A stretch of 64,000 nucleotides of DNA from Malacoraja senta (taxonomy: Eukaryota), in assembly GCA_038087875.1 (NCBI GenBank), contig CM075996.1:3598001-3662000 (forward strand). Direction: 5' to 3'. The first letter of the stretch is position 1, and the number at the start of each line of letters is the position of its first letter. The notes under the pieces were generated by a model. The model made no database searches and was not told where the DNA came from. It worked only from the letters and a program-made list of their open reading frames with translations. Made by a program: the position numbers and the translations under genes. This document shows positions 37,333 to 48,962 of the stretch, piece by piece.

Positions 37333-38062
37333 ATGTTAACTCTATGTTTCTTTCCACAGATGCTGCCTGTCCTGCTGAGTGTTTCCAGCTTTTACTGCGT
37401 TTATTACAGATTATATTCAATATCTTCCCCATAACCAAATTCATCTTTTGCATGATACCTTAGCAAAGGACACTTGCTTTTAAATCTTTTTTAGCATGGA
37501 ATACATCTACAGAAAGGGGTGAAAATAATCTACTGCTCAGGCAGCATCTGTGGGGGAGAACTGTGGGATTTCAGGTCAATGGTACTGTAACTAAAGATGT
37601 TAATCCATAGGAACTTCCACAGCCACCAATGCTGATTCTCTGGATTCTCCGCTCTCTCCCCTTTCACCTACATTGGCCAGAGAATTTCACTACACCAATT
37701 GGTGTATGTGGCAATAAATGAACTTATAAACTTAAAAAACCTATTCCTTCCTCTGGCTTCACAATTTGCAACTCTTCTATCCTTATCCCACACTTTACTC
37801 TTTTCATATCTGGCTTTGTCCAACCTTCTGGCCTGTATCCACCTATCACTTTGTCCTTCCCCTCCTCTCTTCCACCTTTCTTCCAACCCACCGCCACGAT
37901 AAATCTGAAGAAGGGTCCCGACCCAAAACGCCACCTAACCATGTTCTCCAGAGATGCTGCCCGACGCACTGAGTTACTCCAACGCTTTATGTCTTTTTTT
38001 TGTTAAACCAGCATCTGCAGTTCTTTGTTACCACTCTGATCCTGCTCCCATCTCAGTGTTTA

Positions 38063-38655
38063 GAAACATAGAAACATAGAAAATAGGTGCAGGAGTAGGC
38101 CATTCGGCCCTTCGAGCCTGCACCGCCATTCAATATGATCATGGCTGATCATCCAACTCAGTATCCCGTACCTGCCTTCTCTCCATACCCCCTGATCCCT
38201 TTAGCCACAAGGGCCACATCTAACTCCCTCTTAAATATAGCCAATGAACTGGCGTCAACTACCCTCTGTGGCAGAGAGTTCCAGAGATTCACCACTCTCT
38301 GTGTGAAAAAGTTTTTCCTCATCTCGGTCTTAAAGGATTTCCCCCTTATCCTTAAGCTGTGACCCCTTGTCCTGGACTTCCCCAACATCGGGAACAATCT
38401 TCCTGTCCAACCCCATAAGAATTTTGTACGTTTCTATAAGATCCCCTCTCAATCTCCTAAATTCTAGCGAGTATAAGCCAAGTCTATCCAGTCTTTCTTC
38501 ATATGAAAGTCCTGACATCCCAGGAATCAGTCAGGTGAACCTTCTCTGCACTCCCTCTATGGCTATAATGTCCTTCCTCAGATTTGGAGACCAAAACTGT
38601 ACGCAATACTCCAGGTGTGGTCTCACCAAGACCCTGTACAACTGCAGTAGAACCT
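38063..38655 (-). mobile_element. CR1 LINE 3' fragment, subfamily C, with 23-bp TSD
   Basis: TCCTGCTCCCATCTCAGTGTTTA at 38040-38062 and 38656-38678; ORF2 motifs; (TTTCTATG)n tail. Confidence 0.93.
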
Positions 38656-38700
38656 TCCTGCTCCCATCTCAGTGTTTAAGTGTGTATTGATTACTTTGGT

Positions 38701-38737
38701 TTAAGGTTGTACTTGTTTATTGCAGGGAATAAATTCA
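38701..38737 (+). other. Splice acceptor and 12-nt 5' UTR part of the grin2 exon
   Basis: T-rich tract GTTGTACTTGTTTATTGCAG (AG at 38724-38725) directly before GGAATAAATTCA-ATG; implies an upstream non-coding exon. Confidence 0.7.
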
Positions 38738-39145
38738 ATGAAGATGAGGCACATGGGCTTGCATCTTCTGAAGGTTTTATTCATTCTCGTGTCTCATGTG
38801 GTTTGGGCGAAAGGAATCTTGAAGAGCAAATCCACCCTGAACATAGCCGTGATCCTCGGTGGCACGTCCTGCGAGATGGACGTCAAAGACGTTTTGAACA
38901 AAGATGACTTCCAACATTTGTCCATCGATCCCAACGTGGTGCAGGTCTCGGTCAACGAGACCGACCCCAAGAGCATCATAACACGCGTGTGCGACCTTAT
39001 GTCCGGGATGAAGATGCACGGCGTGGTCTTTGGCGACGACACCGATCACGAATCCATTGCAGAAATTTTGGATTTTATTTCCGCTCAGACTATGATCCCA
39101 ATCCTTGGAATACACGGCGGCTCCTCGATGATAATGGCAGACAAG
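38738..39145 (+). CDS. grin2b: First coding exon (signal peptide + start of amino-terminal domain, 136 codons) of NMDA receptor subunit GluN2, best match GluN2B
   Basis: Translation [25 protein letters not shown]...[24 protein letters not shown]...[17 protein letters not shown]...[37 protein letters not shown] aligns without gaps to human GluN2B I37-K137 as recalled. Acceptor TTGCAG ends at 38725; donor AAG|GTAGGA at 39146, the same phase-0 intron after MIMADK as in mammalian GRIN2A/B. No later exon was recognised in the window. Confidence 0.9.
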
Positions 39146-39416
39146 GTAGGAGCTGGCTTTCGCTCTGTTCATGTGGTGGTTGCTTAGTTAGCGCTGGATG
39201 CTTTAACTATTGGTATCCATCTATGGAGCCGATGTAACGTACTGTATGTTAGATATGACCAAAGATCCCTTTACTTACTGTAACGGAGTTCTTCCCTCAG
39301 CTCCCCTGATCTCTAATTTTGCTCTGTTGCAAATTGTTTGGCTCCAGTAGTTCGGCACCAGAGGAAGCTATAGCAGCAGATGCAATTATGACACTAAAAA
39401 GACTTTTGGACATATA

Positions 39417-40006
39417 CAATAGACAATAGGTGCAGGAGTAGGCCATTTGGCCCTTCGAGCCAGCACCGCCATTCAATGTGATCATGGCTGATCATCCCCA
39501 ATCAGTACCCCGTTCCTGCCTTCTCCCCATATCCCCTGACTCCGCTATTTTTAAGAGCCCTGTCTAGCTCTCTCTTGAAAGCATCCAGAGAACCTGCCTC
39601 CACCGTCCTCTGAGGCAGAGAATTCCACAGACTCGCCACTCTCTGTGAGAAAAAGTATTTCCTCGTCTCCGTTCTAAATGGCTTACTCCTTATTCTTAAA
39701 CTGTGGCCCCTGGTTCTGGACTCCCCCAACATCGGGAACATGTTTCCTGCCTCTAGCGTGTCCAAGCCCTTAACAATCTTATATGTTTCAATGAGATATC
39801 CTCTCATCCTTCTAAACTCCAGAGTGTACAAGCCCAGCTGCTCCATTCTCTCAGCATATGACAGTCCCGCCATCCCGGGAATTAACCTTGTAAACCTACG
39901 CTGCACTCCCTCAATAGCAAGAATGTCCTTCCTCAAATTAGGGGACCAAAACTGCACACAATACTCCAGGTGTGGTCTCACTAGGGCTCTGTACAACTGC
40001 AGAAGG
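39417..40006 (-). mobile_element. CR1 LINE 3' fragment, subfamily A
   Basis: Open [22 protein letters not shown]...GYGEKAGTGY*; ATATACA repeated at both junctions. Confidence 0.92.
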
Positions 40007-40570
40007 AATATACAGTATATGAATAGGAAGTATGTCAACTTGGACATTGCCAGGGACAAGGTGGCCCGAAGAGCCTGCTTCAATGCTGAGCGCTAGGCTT
40101 CGGGTGGCCTACTGTAAAGGCCGGACCTCAGCACACACCTGCCGGGCTTTGGCAGCGGTACAGTGGTCGGGGAGCTCCGCCGCTTGACAAAGCTGTCATA
40201 GATTTCCACACCTTATAAATATCTCAGACTTTTAGCAACATTTGAAAAACGAACAAAATTAAAGTAAGCAATTAAGAATTGATATAACATCTTGAAAATA
40301 TGAAAACGAAGACTTACAAATCATATTAGACATTAAAGCAATAATTGAAGAATTAGTCGAGGCAATGAAATGTACAATAACAACATTTAAAAGACATTTG
40401 GACAAGTGCATGGATAGGAAAGGTTTATGAGCCAAACATTGATAAATGGGAGTAGCTTAGATGGGGCATCTTTGCTGGCATGGTCGAGTTGAGCCGAAGG
40501 GCCTGTTTCTGTGCTGTATGAGTCTTTGATCTTTGTCTCTTTGACTCTTTGGGGTGGCACGGTGGAGTAA

Positions 40571-41257
40571 AGGGCCTGTCCCAATTACGTGTCCTTGGCA
40601 CGCTAATTACGCAACATCGTGGTCGCGTTGAGGCGCGACGTTCCCACGAAGGTCGCGCGCGACTTCATTCGACCGCACAGTCGTCTGGAGCGCATGACGT
40701 CATCTGAAGATAGACACAAAATGCAGGAGTAACTCAGTGGGACCGGCAGCATCTCTGGAGAGAAGGAACGGGTGATGTTTCGTGTCGAGACTCTTCTTCA
40801 GTCTGAAAGAAGGGTCTTGACCCGAAACGTCACCCATTTCTTCTCTCCAGAGATGCTGCCGGTCCCGCTGAGTTACTCCTGCATTTTGTGTCTATCTCCA
40901 ATTTTCTTGGCCCCTGCTCTGGGAGTAGAAGTGGGGGCGGCTCCGGACCGCTACGGCCGTGAGCCCCCCCCACCCCCCAGATCATTTGCCTGCTTCTGCT
41001 GCTGTTGGAGGTGAGATGTTGCGTCGCGCCAGGTTCTTGGGCCTGTCCCACTTTGGCCGTCAGTTCCACGACAGGCCGTTGGCGCGCGAAGATTTTGTTC
41101 GCTACAAAAATTTCGGAGCCCCGCGCGATGTCGCGCACAACTACATACACCTCCGCGCTTCTCAGTGGGACTGGCCCCATAGGATGCCCGTGCGCCTCAA
41201 CACGACCACGAGGTCGCGTAATTTGCATGCCAAGGACACGTAAGTGGGACAGGCCCT
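40571..41257. mobile_element. PIF/Harbinger-type MITE inside a V-SINE head, itself carrying a Penelope fold-back insertion (about 40706-40898)
   Basis: TIR AGGGCCTGTCCCA / TGGGACAGGCCCT, TAA on both sides, about 70-bp imperfect inverted arms. Confidence 0.82.
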
Positions 41258-41727
41258 TAAGAGTTGCTGCCTTACTGCACCAGAGACCCAGGGTCTATCC
41301 TGGCTATGAGTGCTGTCTGTACGGAGTTTGTACGTTCTGTCTCCCTGTGACTGCATGGGTTTTCTCTGGGCTCATCGGTTTCATCCCACACTCCAAAGAC
41401 ATACAGGTTTGTAGGTTAATTGTCCTTGGTAAAATTTGTAAGTGTGTCGGATATTGCTAGTGTATGGGTGATTGCTGGTCAGCATGGACTCAGTGGGCCG
41501 ATGGCTGTTTCCGCGCTGCACCTCTGAAGAAAAGACTCGCCACCCATTTGGGCCTTTAGCCAGGTCCGACCCTGCACAGCACCTGGGAGTGGATACCTCA
41601 GGGTAAAGCTGGCATCTCAACTTGGCCCCCACAGTTGGCATCAGATTTGTCCCCCTGACCTCTCAGTAATCTGGACCCACAGTGTGTGGGGATTAGTCCA
41701 GAACTGGTGGTTCCCTTCAGAACTACG

Positions 41728-42035
41728 GGTGGCATGGTGGCACAGCGGTGGAGTTGCTGCCTCACAACGCCAGAGATCCGGGTTCGATCCTGACCACGGG
41801 TGCTGTCTGTACGGATTTTGTACGCTCTCCCCGTGACCTGCATGAGTTTTCTCCAGGTGCTCCGGCTTCCTCCCACACTCCAAAGACATTCATGTTTGTA
41901 GGATAATTGGCTTGGTATAATTATCCCTAGTGTGTGTAGGATAGTGTTCGTGTACGGGTTGATCGCAGGTCATCGTGGACTCGGTGGGCCAAAGGGCCTG
42001 TTTTCGCGCTGTATCTCTAATCTTAACTAACTTAA
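41728..42035 (+). mobile_element. V-SINE (HE1-like)
   Basis: Full-length; B box GGTTCGATCC. Confidence 0.87.
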
Positions 42036-42749
42036 ACTATTGTCCTGTGGCAGTAAAACCTGGGTTGTCAGAAGCAGCACATGCCCCTATGATTGGCCTT
42101 CCTCTTTCAGTCGTCATGGTCGCTTGGTTGAGTTTACTGTCAGGTGTACCGAGGTACAGTGAAAAGCTTTTGTTGTGTGCTAACCAGTCAGCGGAAAGAC
42201 AATACACGATTACAATCGAGCCGTCCACAGTGTGCAGATGCGTAGGACGAAACTGCAGACGCTGGTTTAAACCGAAGATAGACACAAAATGCTGGAGTAA
42301 CTCAGCAGGACAGGCAGCATCTCTGGAGAGAAGGAATGGGTGACGTTTCGGGTCGAGACCCTTCTTCAGGCAGTGTGCAGATACATGATAAAGGGAATGA
42401 CGTTTAGTGCAAGGTAAAGTCCGATTAGAGATAGTCTGAGGTCTAATGAGGGAGATAATAGTTCACAACTGCTCTCTAGTTGTTGGTAGGATGGTTTGTT
42501 TATTGTCAGGTGTACCGAGGTACAGTGAAAAGCTTTTGTCGCATGCTAACCAGTCCGTGGAAAGACAATACATGATTACTCCACACATGCCCATGATGTT
42601 GGTGGAGTAATCGTGTTCCTTGCCTCCAGTAATCATGCTACCTTAAGGTGGGAACAACGGTGACCTGGTAACACCTCTTCCCATAGAATGGTATAGAAGT
42701 GTGAAAACGCACACACCTCCAGATTCAGGGACAGTTTCTTCCCAGCATT

Positions 42750-43600
42750 TATAATAATAATAATAATAATAATAGATTTTATTTATATAGTGCTTTTCAG
42801 GACTCAAAGTCGCTTTACAATTGAGAGTCAGGAATAAACAAAACAAAATAGAGCAGTAAGACAAAGGGGAGGGGAACATGGGACTAAGGGTATGCAGAGG
42901 TGAAGAGATGGGTCTTGAGGCGAGACTGGAAGATGGTGAGGGACTCCGAATTTCGGACCGGTTGTGGGAGGGAATTCCAGAGCCTGGGAGCTGCCCTGGA
43001 GAAGGCTCTGCCTCCAAAAGTGCAGAGGTTTGATTTCGGAGTGGAGAGGAGACCAGCTGATGTGGGTCTGAGGGACCGTGAGGGTTGGTAGGGGGAGAGG
43101 AGGTCAATGAGATAAGGGGGGGCCAGGTTGTTGAGGGCTTTGTAGGTGAGGACCAGGATCTTGTAGGTGATCCGGTGGGAAATGGGAAGCCAGTGAAGTT
43201 CTTTGAGAACTGGGGTGATGTGGTGCCAGGATTTGGTGTGGGTAATGAGTCGAGCGGCTGCATTTTGAACCAGTTGGAGTCGGTTGATGCTGCTGGAATT
43301 GATTCCGAAAAGAAGAGAGTTACAGTAGTCCAGTCGGGAGGAGATGAAGGCATGGATGAGTCTTTCAGCAGCGGGGGGTGTGAGAGACGATCTGATTTTT
43401 GCAATGTTGCGGAGGTGAAAAAATGATGTTTTGACAACATGGCGGATGTGAGGCTCAAGGGAGAGGGTTGAGTCAAGGATCACGCCAAGGTTGCGTGCCT
43501 GAGGAGATGGGGAGACAGTGGTGCCGTCGATAGTGAGAGTGGGGTTGTTAATTTTAGTGAGTGTTGATTTGGAGCCAATGAGGAGAAATTCTGTTTTGCT
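42750..43600 (-). mobile_element. L2 LINE 3' fragment with open ORF2 C-terminus
   Basis: SKTEFLLIG...ARNLGVILDSTLS...HAFISSRLDYCNSL...RAFSRAAPRLWNSLP; (TTA)n tail; inserted in a Rex-type tail. Confidence 0.9.
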
Positions 43601-44497
43601 ACTGTTTTTATCAGGCAACTGAATCATCAACTGAACCATCCTACCACAACCAGAGAGCAGTCCTGAACGACTATCTACCTCATTGGTGACCCTCGGACTA
43701 TCCTTGATCGGACTTTGCTGGCACTAAGCGTTATCCCCTTATTGCGTATCTACACGCAGTAAATGGCTCGATTGTAATCATGTATTGTCTTTCTGCTGAC
43801 TGGATAGCACCCAACAAAAGCTTTTCACTGTACCTCGTTACACGTGGCAATAAACTAAACTGAAACTGAACTGAAGTCCCCACAGTCATGAGCAGACTGC
43901 TTGCTTATGCAGGTGTGCAGTCCAGCCCGTTGCCCCAGGGACCTGTGCACCAAGATATCGCTGACAGCCTGTTAAGCAAACCTTCACCCCATAATGGCTG
44001 CCAGTGCAATGGACATCTCATAAGGTCATAAGTGATAGGAACAGAATTAGGCCATTCGGCCCATCACATCTACTCCGCCATTCAATCATGGCTGATCTGT
44101 CTCTCCCTCCTAACCATCCCATCCAGGTTGTGTTTGCACAGTCTTACTGCTTCTGTTTGCAGACACATAGACCATGGATAATTGTTTAATATGGTGGAGA
44201 GAATTGAGCCAAGCACATGACAATGGGGCCAAGAAATTCATCTGTTCTGTTTCTCCTGTTTGAGAACTGGTAATAATCTCCATTCCAAACTAAAATCATG
44301 GAATTCAGTGTGACCAGTTGTCGTAAACAGTTCTCGTTTGGTTTAGTTTAGAGATACCGCGCGGAAACAGGCCTTTCGACCCCCTGAGTCCGCGCCGACC
44401 AGCGATCCCCGCACACTAATGCCATACTACACACCAGGGACAATTCTACAATTATACCAAGCCAATTATCCTACAAACCCGTACGTCTTTGGAGTGT

Positions 44498-44822
44498 CAA
44501 TCAATCAATCAATCAGTTTTATTCGTCACTTGCACATAAAGTGCAAGTGAAATTAATTTGCCGGCAGCGGTACAATGAAAAAAGAACACACAAAAACACA
44601 ATAAAAAGATTTACACAAACATCCACCACAGCATTCATCACTGTGGTGGAAGGCACAAAATCTGGCCAGTCCTCCTCCATTTTCCCCCGTGGTCGGGACC
44701 TCAACCCTCCGGGCATCCAGATGTTCAGACAAGGTAAGTCCAGGTAAGTCCTGAATCGGTGCCTCCCCACCGGAGACCGCGGGCGGCTTCAAGATGGTGT
44801 AGGCCGCGTGCCGGCGGTCGAA
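44498..44822 (-). mobile_element. 3' end of an unclassified retroposon inserted in a V-SINE
   Basis: (TGAT)n tail, AATAAA, hairpin TCACTTGCAC-ATAAA-GTGCAAGTGA, probable AGTGT TSD; the same sequence occurs at 31060-31100 beside the gap. Confidence 0.55.
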
Positions 44823-44994
44823 GTGTGGGAGGAAAGCGGAGCTCCCGGAGAAAACCCACCCAGGTCGTGGGAAGAAGGTACAAACTCCGTACAGACAGCA
44901 CCTGTAAAATCTACTGCTGCTCCACCGTGCCGCCCCTCTAGTGGATGCCTTTGTATAACACTGGCCTGTGTCAGGGACAGCAGGCAGTATAGGT

Positions 44995-46511
44995 CAAGTC
45001 AAATCAAGTGAGTTTATTGTCATGTGTCCCTGGTAGGACAATGAAATTCTTGCTTTGCTTGAGCACAACAGAACATAGTAGGCATTTACTGCAAGGCATT
45101 CTATAAATATATACACAATGGTCAATATACTGATAAAGTGCAAATAACAGTATTGGCTAGTAAGGTTCAGTGTTATGTCCGAGCCAGGTTTAATAGCCTG
45201 ATGGCTGTGGGGAAGTAGCTGTTCCTGAACCTGATCGTTGCAGTCTTCAGGCTCCTGTACCTTCTACCTGAAGGTAGTAGGGAGATGAGTGTGTGGCCAG
45301 GATGGTGTGGGTCCTTGATGATGCTGCCAGCCTTTTTGAGGCAGCGACTGTGGTAGATCCCCTCGATGGAAGGGAGGTCAGAGCCGATGATGGACTGGGC
45401 AGTGTTTACTACTTTTTGTAGTCTTTTCCTCTCCAGGGCACTCAAGTTGCCGAACCAAGCCACGATGCAACCGGTCAGCATGCTCTCTACTGTGCACCTG
45501 TAGAAGTTAGAGAGAGTCCTCCTTGACAAACCGACTCTCCATAATCTTCTCAGGAAGTAGAGGCGCTGATGTGCTTTCTTAATAATGGCATCATTGTTCT
45601 CGGACCAGGAAAGATCTTCAGAGATGTGCACGCCCAGGAATTTGAAGCTCTTGACCCTTTCAACCATCGACCTGTTGATATAAACGGGACTGTGGGTCCC
45701 CATCCTACTCCTTCCAAAGTCCACAATCAGTTCCTTGGTTTTGCTGGTGTTGAGGGCCAGGTTATTGTGCTGGCACCATATGGACAGTTGCTCGATCTCT
45801 CTTCTATACTCTGACTCATCCCCATCAGTGATACGTCCCACAACAGTGGTGTCATCAGCGAACTTGATGATGGAGTTCGCATTATGTCCGGCTATGCAGT
45901 CATGAGTATAGAGTGAGTACAGCAGGGGACTGAGCACGCAGCCTTGAGGTGCTCCCGTGCTAATTGTTATAGAGTCTGACACATTTCCACCAATACGAAC
46001 AGACTGTGGTCTGAGAGTGAGGAAGTTGAGGATCCAATTGCAGAGGGATGCGCAGAGACCCAGTTCTGCGAGTTTGGTAACCAGCTTGGAGGGGATGATT
46101 GTGTTAAATGCCGAGCTGTAATCGATGAATAACAGCCTGACATATGAGTTTTTGTTGTCCAAGTGGTCCAGAGCGGAGTGGAGGGCCAGCGAGATCGCAT
46201 CCACCGTTGATCTGTTGTGGTGGTAAGCGAACTGCAGTGGGTCCAGGTTTTTGTCGAGGTAGGAGTTGATCTGCGTCATGATCAACCTCTCAAAGCACTA
46301 CATCACCACAGGCGTTAGTGCCACAGGTCGATAGTCATTGAGGCACGTCACCTTACTCTTCTTGGGCACTGGTATAATTGATGCCCTTTTGAAGCAGGTG
46401 GGGACCTCAGACCTCAGAAGTGAGAGGTTGAAAATGTCCATAAAAACTCCAGCCAGTTGGTCCGCACAGGTTTTTAGAACACGACCGGGTATGCCATCAG
46501 GTCCAGGCGCT
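44995..46511 (-). mobile_element. Rex1/Babar non-LTR retrotransposon, 5'-truncated, RT domain nearly intact
   Basis: [13 protein letters not shown]...NDYRPVALT (one stop)...LDPLQFAY...[12 protein letters not shown]...[17 protein letters not shown]...[13 protein letters not shown] 45173-46285. Confidence 0.92.
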
Positions 46512-47139
46512 TATGTGGAACGTATGTGGATTTGTCATTCATTCCTGCCATGTAGGATAGAGTGTGATGTATCCCAGCAGGATCCTGAGGCTGAGAGTGA
46601 GTGACTGGGAGCAGTGCAGATTAGTTTAGAGGTACAGTGCGGAAAACAGGCCCTTCGGCCCACCGAGTCCGCGCCGACCAGCGATCCCCGATATCGTGGA
46701 TCAACACTGTCCTACACCCACTAGGGACAATTTACATTTTATACCAAGTCAATTAACCTACAAACCTGTACATCTTTGGCGTGTGGGAGAACTGCTCACG
46801 GTGTCGGGAATTGGCTCCGGATTACTGCAGACTCTCAGCTGGACATGCCACATGGATGTCAGGTTGTGTCAAATTCTGTGTGATGTCTCATGTCAGAAAT
46901 CGGGCTCTCTCGCTCTGATTCAGTGATACTTTATTGTCGCATGTACAGTGAAATGCTCTGTTACAACCCGTAAAATCATGTCGCAGACCTCCGCTGGGCA
47001 ATACACAATTGTTGCCGCGTCTTGGCGCCCACAAATTTATAAAAGTTTACCAAGCAATCCTATCTATGTGGCAGCAGCACCCCCCACCCCCCCCCCCCTC
47101 TGCTGGGTCCCTCCTTTGTTATTGGTGGCCTCCAGTCCT

Positions 47140-47280
47140 CGCTCTCCGACGGTTCTCCTTGCTCTCCGACGGTTCCCCTTGCTCTCCGACGGCCGGCTCC
47201 CTCACCGACGGCTCTCCTCACTCTCCAACGGCCCCTTCTCCGACGGCCTCTCTCGAGTTCAACGGTCCTCCTTGCTCCTT
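47140..47280. repeat. Short degenerate tandem repeat of CTCTCCGACGG
   Basis: About 7 copies at roughly 20-bp spacing. Confidence 0.7.
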
Positions 47281-47282
47281 GG

Positions 47283-47772
47283 ATTCAAGATTCAAGAGAG
47301 TTTATTGTCATGTGTCCCAGATAGGACAATGAAATTCTTGCTTTGCTTCAGCACAACAGAATATAGTAGGCATGAATACAGAACAGATCAGTGTGTCCAT
47401 ATACCATTATATAAATATATACACACATCAATAAATAAAACAGATAAAGTGCAAATAAACAGATAATGGGCTATTAATGTTCAGAGTTTTGTTTGAGTTG
47501 AGTTTAATAGCCTGATGGCTGTGGGGAAGTAGCTGTTTCTGAACCTGGATGTTGCAGTCTTCAGGCTCCTGTACCTTCTACCTGAAGGCAGCGGGGAGAT
47601 GAGCGTGTGGCCAGGATGACGTGGGTCCTTGAAGATAGTGCCAGCCTTTTTGAGGCAGCGACTGCGATAGATCCCCTCGATGGTAGGGAGGTCAGAGCGA
47701 TGATGGACTGGGCAGTGTTTACTACTTTTTGTAGTCTTTTCCGCTCCTGGGCGCTCAAGTTGCCGAACCAAG
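47283..47772 (-). mobile_element. Rex1/Babar LINE 3' fragment
   Basis: Close to the 25050 and 44995 copies. Confidence 0.85.
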
Positions 47773-47784
47773 TAGAATGAGAGA

Positions 47785-48300
47785 GTGGGTGATGTCGAGG
47801 GTTGCATTCATGAATGGAAATCCGAGAAGGGTGGTGTACTGCGGTGGTCAATACTGGGACCCCTGCTGTTTGCTGTGTACAATGGTGACTTGATGTGTAT
47901 GTAGAGAGGTGTGATTAGTAAGTTTGCAGATGATATCAACATTGGTAGTGCTGTGGACAGTGCGGCTAGGGAAACATATTGATCAGCTGCACAGCTCAAT
48001 GGGGCTGACGGAATTTAATTCCAATGAGTGTGAAGTGAAGCGTTGTGAGAGGGCAGATAAGGATAGGAAAGTGAATGATAGGACCCTGGGGAGCACTGGA
48101 GAACAGAGAGATTATTGTTGTATGTCCCAAAGATCCCTGAAGGTGGCAGCACATGTAGATATGGTGGCAGTCACATAGTCTGCTGGCCTTCCTTACATGT
48201 GCTACTGAATTCAAGAGCAGCCAAGTTATAGCCAAGGTTTATAAGACACTGCTGGGGCCACATCTGGAATAATGTGAGCAGTTTGGTCGCTTCAGTAGAG
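47785..48300 (+). mobile_element. Old CR1 RT fragment
   Basis: SILGPLLFAVY..ISKFADD..HLE*CEQF degenerate motifs. Confidence 0.6.
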
Positions 48301-48490
48301 AAAGGTAGAGTAGGCCAATTGGCTTGGTACAATTGTAAATTGTGCCCAGTGTGTGTAGGATAGTGTAAGTGTGCAAGGATTGCTGGTCGGCGCGGACTCG
48401 GGGGCCGACTGACTGTATGTAAGTAAAATAAAATAGTATTAGTGTAAATGGATATTTGATGGTTGGCGTGGATTCAATGCGCTGAGGGGC

Positions 48491-48962
48491 ATTCAGTGCA
48501 CCACGACCAGTGCGCCTCAGGTCACGGCACCCCTTTGCCACGCAAGCCCAAGAGCTGCTCTGCACAACACCGGCTGACACTTCTAAGGCCGCCTGGGTCA
48601 AGACGAGATGGAGAGACCAGTGGAAGCCAGCGGAACCATCCAGGCTACACCATTACATCGATGACCCCGTGGACGTCCCTGGCCAGGACCTGCCCCGAAA
48701 GCAGTGGACAACCCTCAACCGCTTGAGGACAGGCGTCGGACGCTATGGAGTAGCGATGAAGAGGTGGGGAGCCTCGTGGACAGCGAGCGCCTCCTGCGGG
48801 TGTGGGGACCCAACACGGACAGTGGAGCCCACACATAGTCACCAGTTGCCCCAAACACCGGCCACCGAATGGTGAACCAGGTCTGATTGACCTGGACGAT
48901 GACACGTTGGCCTGGCTCGCCTCAACGGAGCTGCAGGTCTAAAAGACACACGACAGAAGAAG
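48491..48962 (+). mobile_element. Vingi/Ingi-like LINE 3' fragment
   Basis: PGQDLPRKQWTTLNRLRTGVGRY...CGCGDPTRTVE, then a frameshifted HIVTSCP zinc knuckle; ends ACGACAGAAGAAG; 7-bp TSD GAGGGGC (48484-48490, 48963-48969). Confidence 0.72.

Noticed and set aside
38720..39187. ORF-track limits (TTG start at 38720, stop at 39187) as the true CDS
   Set aside because: Homology ends at MIMADK at a GT donor, and the TTG lies in the splice acceptor; the coding part is 38738-39145 (ATGs at 38744 and 38753 are alternative starts).
45173..46285. 370-aa RT ORF as a domesticated gene or retron-like system
   Set aside because: Ordinary 5'-truncated Rex1/Babar copy with an upstream stop, its own 3' UTR and sibling fragments in the window.
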